Part shown: piece after piece, positions 62,815 through 64,000 of the stretch | Layout of the letters: each line of letters starts with the position of its first letter | Numbering within the stretch: the stretch's first letter is position 1 | NCBI GenBank assembly: GCA_016182915.1 | Contig: JACPFP010000003.1 | Location: forward strand, 8,806-72,805 | DNA: 64,000 nucleotides | Direction: 5' to 3' | Source of the DNA: Candidatus Dojkabacteria bacterium | Lineage (GTDB): Bacteria > Patescibacteriota > Dojkabacteria > SC72 | Position numbers and translations under genes: made by a program | The notes under the pieces: model-generated | The model's input: the letters and a program-made list of their open reading frames with translations, nothing else | Databases searched by the model: none | What the model was told of the DNA's origin: nothing

Positions 62815-64000
62815 CTAGGAAAAGGATTGAAGTAACTCTCGACCTTCTTTAGTCATGGTAATTTTATTGTTTATATCGATAGTTCGCAACTCCTTACCTT
62901 CCTGTATGAGAATTTTAACAGGGGTCTCCCCTTGATTCTCCTTAATATATAGCTTTAAGAGTTCTATCTGCTTCTTTGTATGCTTCTTCGTTATTTTAAA
63001 GATTACTCCTTTAAAATTAGAGCTGAATTTGTCTTGATCTATGAACTTTGCTTTCTCAATAATTACGCTTTTATCATTCTCCCTTTCTGAAACCCTTGCT
63101 GCAATTAATATCGGTTTATTAGCCTCAAAAACATCTTTAAGCTCCTCATATACTCTTGGAAATACAACTGCATCTATACTTCCAGATTTATCTTCAACAG
63201 TTAGAAAAGCCATCATCTCTCCCTTTTTAGTGGCAATTCTTCTTACTTTTGAAATTAAGGCTCCCAAAACAAGTAATTTTCCTGCTTTCGCCTCCTTAAT
63301 GCTTTGAATATGTACAACCTGTTTCTGTGCAAAGAATTCTTGAAGATCATCTAGTGGGTGGCTTGAGAAGTATAATCCTAGAAGATCTTTCTCCCATTGA
63401 AGCATCTCATGGAGGTTTCCCTCTATTTCTGGAATTGGAGTTCTCATTAACTGTTTGCTAGTACTTGAGTCACCATCTGTGCTAAAGAAATCTATCTGGC
63501 CATTAGCTTCTGTTTGTTTTTTCTTCTTTAATTTTTCAAATATTCCAGGGAGAATTGAAAGGAGTGCCTTCCTGTCTCCCCATGTATCCATTGCTCCTGC
63601 CATTATTAGATACTCTACAACCCTTTGTTGAAGCTTTCCTCCAATGTTTCTATATATAAAGTCATCCAGTGAGTCGTATTCCCCATCCCTTTCCCTCTCA
63701 GTTACAATATTCTTTACAACTTCGTGACCAACATTCTTTATTGCTCCTAGACCAAACCTAATTCTTCGAAAATCTCCCTCCTCAACTGTAAAATATACTC
63801 CACTCTTATTTATATCCGGCTGCACAACTTCAATCCCAAGTCGATTACATTCCTGGATATCTAGGGCAATTCGGTTAAAGTTCTCTAAGTCGGCTTCCAG
63901 AAGTGCGGCCATGTACTCCAAAGGATAGTAGTATTTCAAATAAGCCGTGTAGTATGAGACCATTGCATAGGCTGCAGCGTGGGATTTGTTGAAACCATAG
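62815..64000 (-). CDS. dnaE: DNA polymerase III alpha subunit (DnaE), C-terminal portion; the gene continues beyond the window end.
   Basis: The frame stays open to position 64000, and the upstream in-window translation contains ..YGFNKSHAAAYAMVSYYTAYLK.., the conserved DnaE motif. An OB-fold and tau/beta-binding region follow. Confidence 0.9.
   Translation of the reverse strand, partial: YGFNKSHAAAYAMVSYYTAYLKYYYPLEYMAALLEADLENFNRIALDIQECNRLGIEVVQPDINKSGVYFTVEEGDFRRIRFGLGAIKNVGHEVVKNIVTERERDGEYDSLDDFIYRNIGGKLQQRVVEYLIMAGAMDTWGDRKALLSILPGIFEKLKKKKQTEANGQIDFFSTDGDSSTSKQLMRTPIPEIEGNLHEMLQWEKDLLGLYFSSHPLDDLQEFFAQKQVVHIQSIKEAKAGKLLVLGALISKVRRIATKKGEMMAFLTVEDKSGSIDAVVFPRVYEELKDVFEANKPILIAARVSERENDKSVIIEKAKFIDQDKFSSNFKGVIFKITKKHTKKQIELLKLYIKENQGETPVKILIQEGKELRTIDINNKITMTKEGRELLQSFS

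Noticed and set aside
1-64000. Alternative genetic code (UGA recoding, as in some CPR lineages).
   Set aside because: TGA terminates well-supported genes, such as the response regulator at 1900..1902, and the ORFs are long without in-frame TGA problems. The standard bacterial code is therefore the best fit.
1-64000. CRISPR arrays, rRNA genes and transposase or integrase genes.
   Set aside because: No regularly spaced direct repeats, rRNA-like conserved stretches, or DDE or tyrosine-recombinase ORFs were seen. The only mobile-element hint is the truncated RhuM fragment.

Overview
This is an AT-rich (roughly 35% GC), densely coded bacterial chromosomal window read with the standard genetic code: TGA is used as a stop (for example at 1900..1902) and the ORFs are long and uninterrupted. 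The gene content suggests a small-genome, possibly CPR/Patescibacteria-like organism, but that is an inference from content only. Main blocks, in order, are as follows. (1) 1.2-5.6 kb holds an OmpR-type response regulator, a MacB/FtsX-type ABC transporter and a sensor histidine kinase. (2) 5.7-8.1 kb holds an ECF sigma factor with a membrane-anchored candidate anti-sigma factor. (3) 13.6-20.4 kb holds a compact minus-strand type IV pilus operon with major pilin, PilB, PilC, three prepilin-motif proteins including a 633-aa one, and a prepilin peptidase. (4) 21.3-22.5 kb holds a SipW-like signal peptidase next to a TasA/SipW-cognate-like secreted protein. (5) 22.9-25.9 kb holds two uncharacterised cytoplasmic proteins. 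(6) 26.5-30.3 kb holds a thioredoxin-like protein and CcdA next to an 851-aa Cys-rich membrane protein. (7) 39.8-43.4 kb holds a Cas4/DUF2779-like nuclease, a DHH phosphoesterase and LexA with a candidate operator. (8) 44.1-47.7 kb holds tRNA-Pro, a cupredoxin, a roughly 480-bp GC-rich island, two ArsR-like regulators and Fe/Mn superoxide dismutase. (9) 48.9-50.8 kb holds a second MacB-type ABC pair. (10) 50.9-64 kb holds RsmI-like, MutL, HIT, UvrB, a 1086-aa secreted protein with a peptidoglycan-hydrolase-like domain, tRNA-Gln, UvrC and the C-terminal part of DnaE, which runs off the window edge. No CRISPR array, rRNA or obvious transposase was found. The features worth a second look are the Cys-rich protein with its thioredoxin/CcdA neighbours, the GC-rich island, the SipW/TasA-like pair, the 1086-aa surface hydrolase and the unknown two-gene operon.
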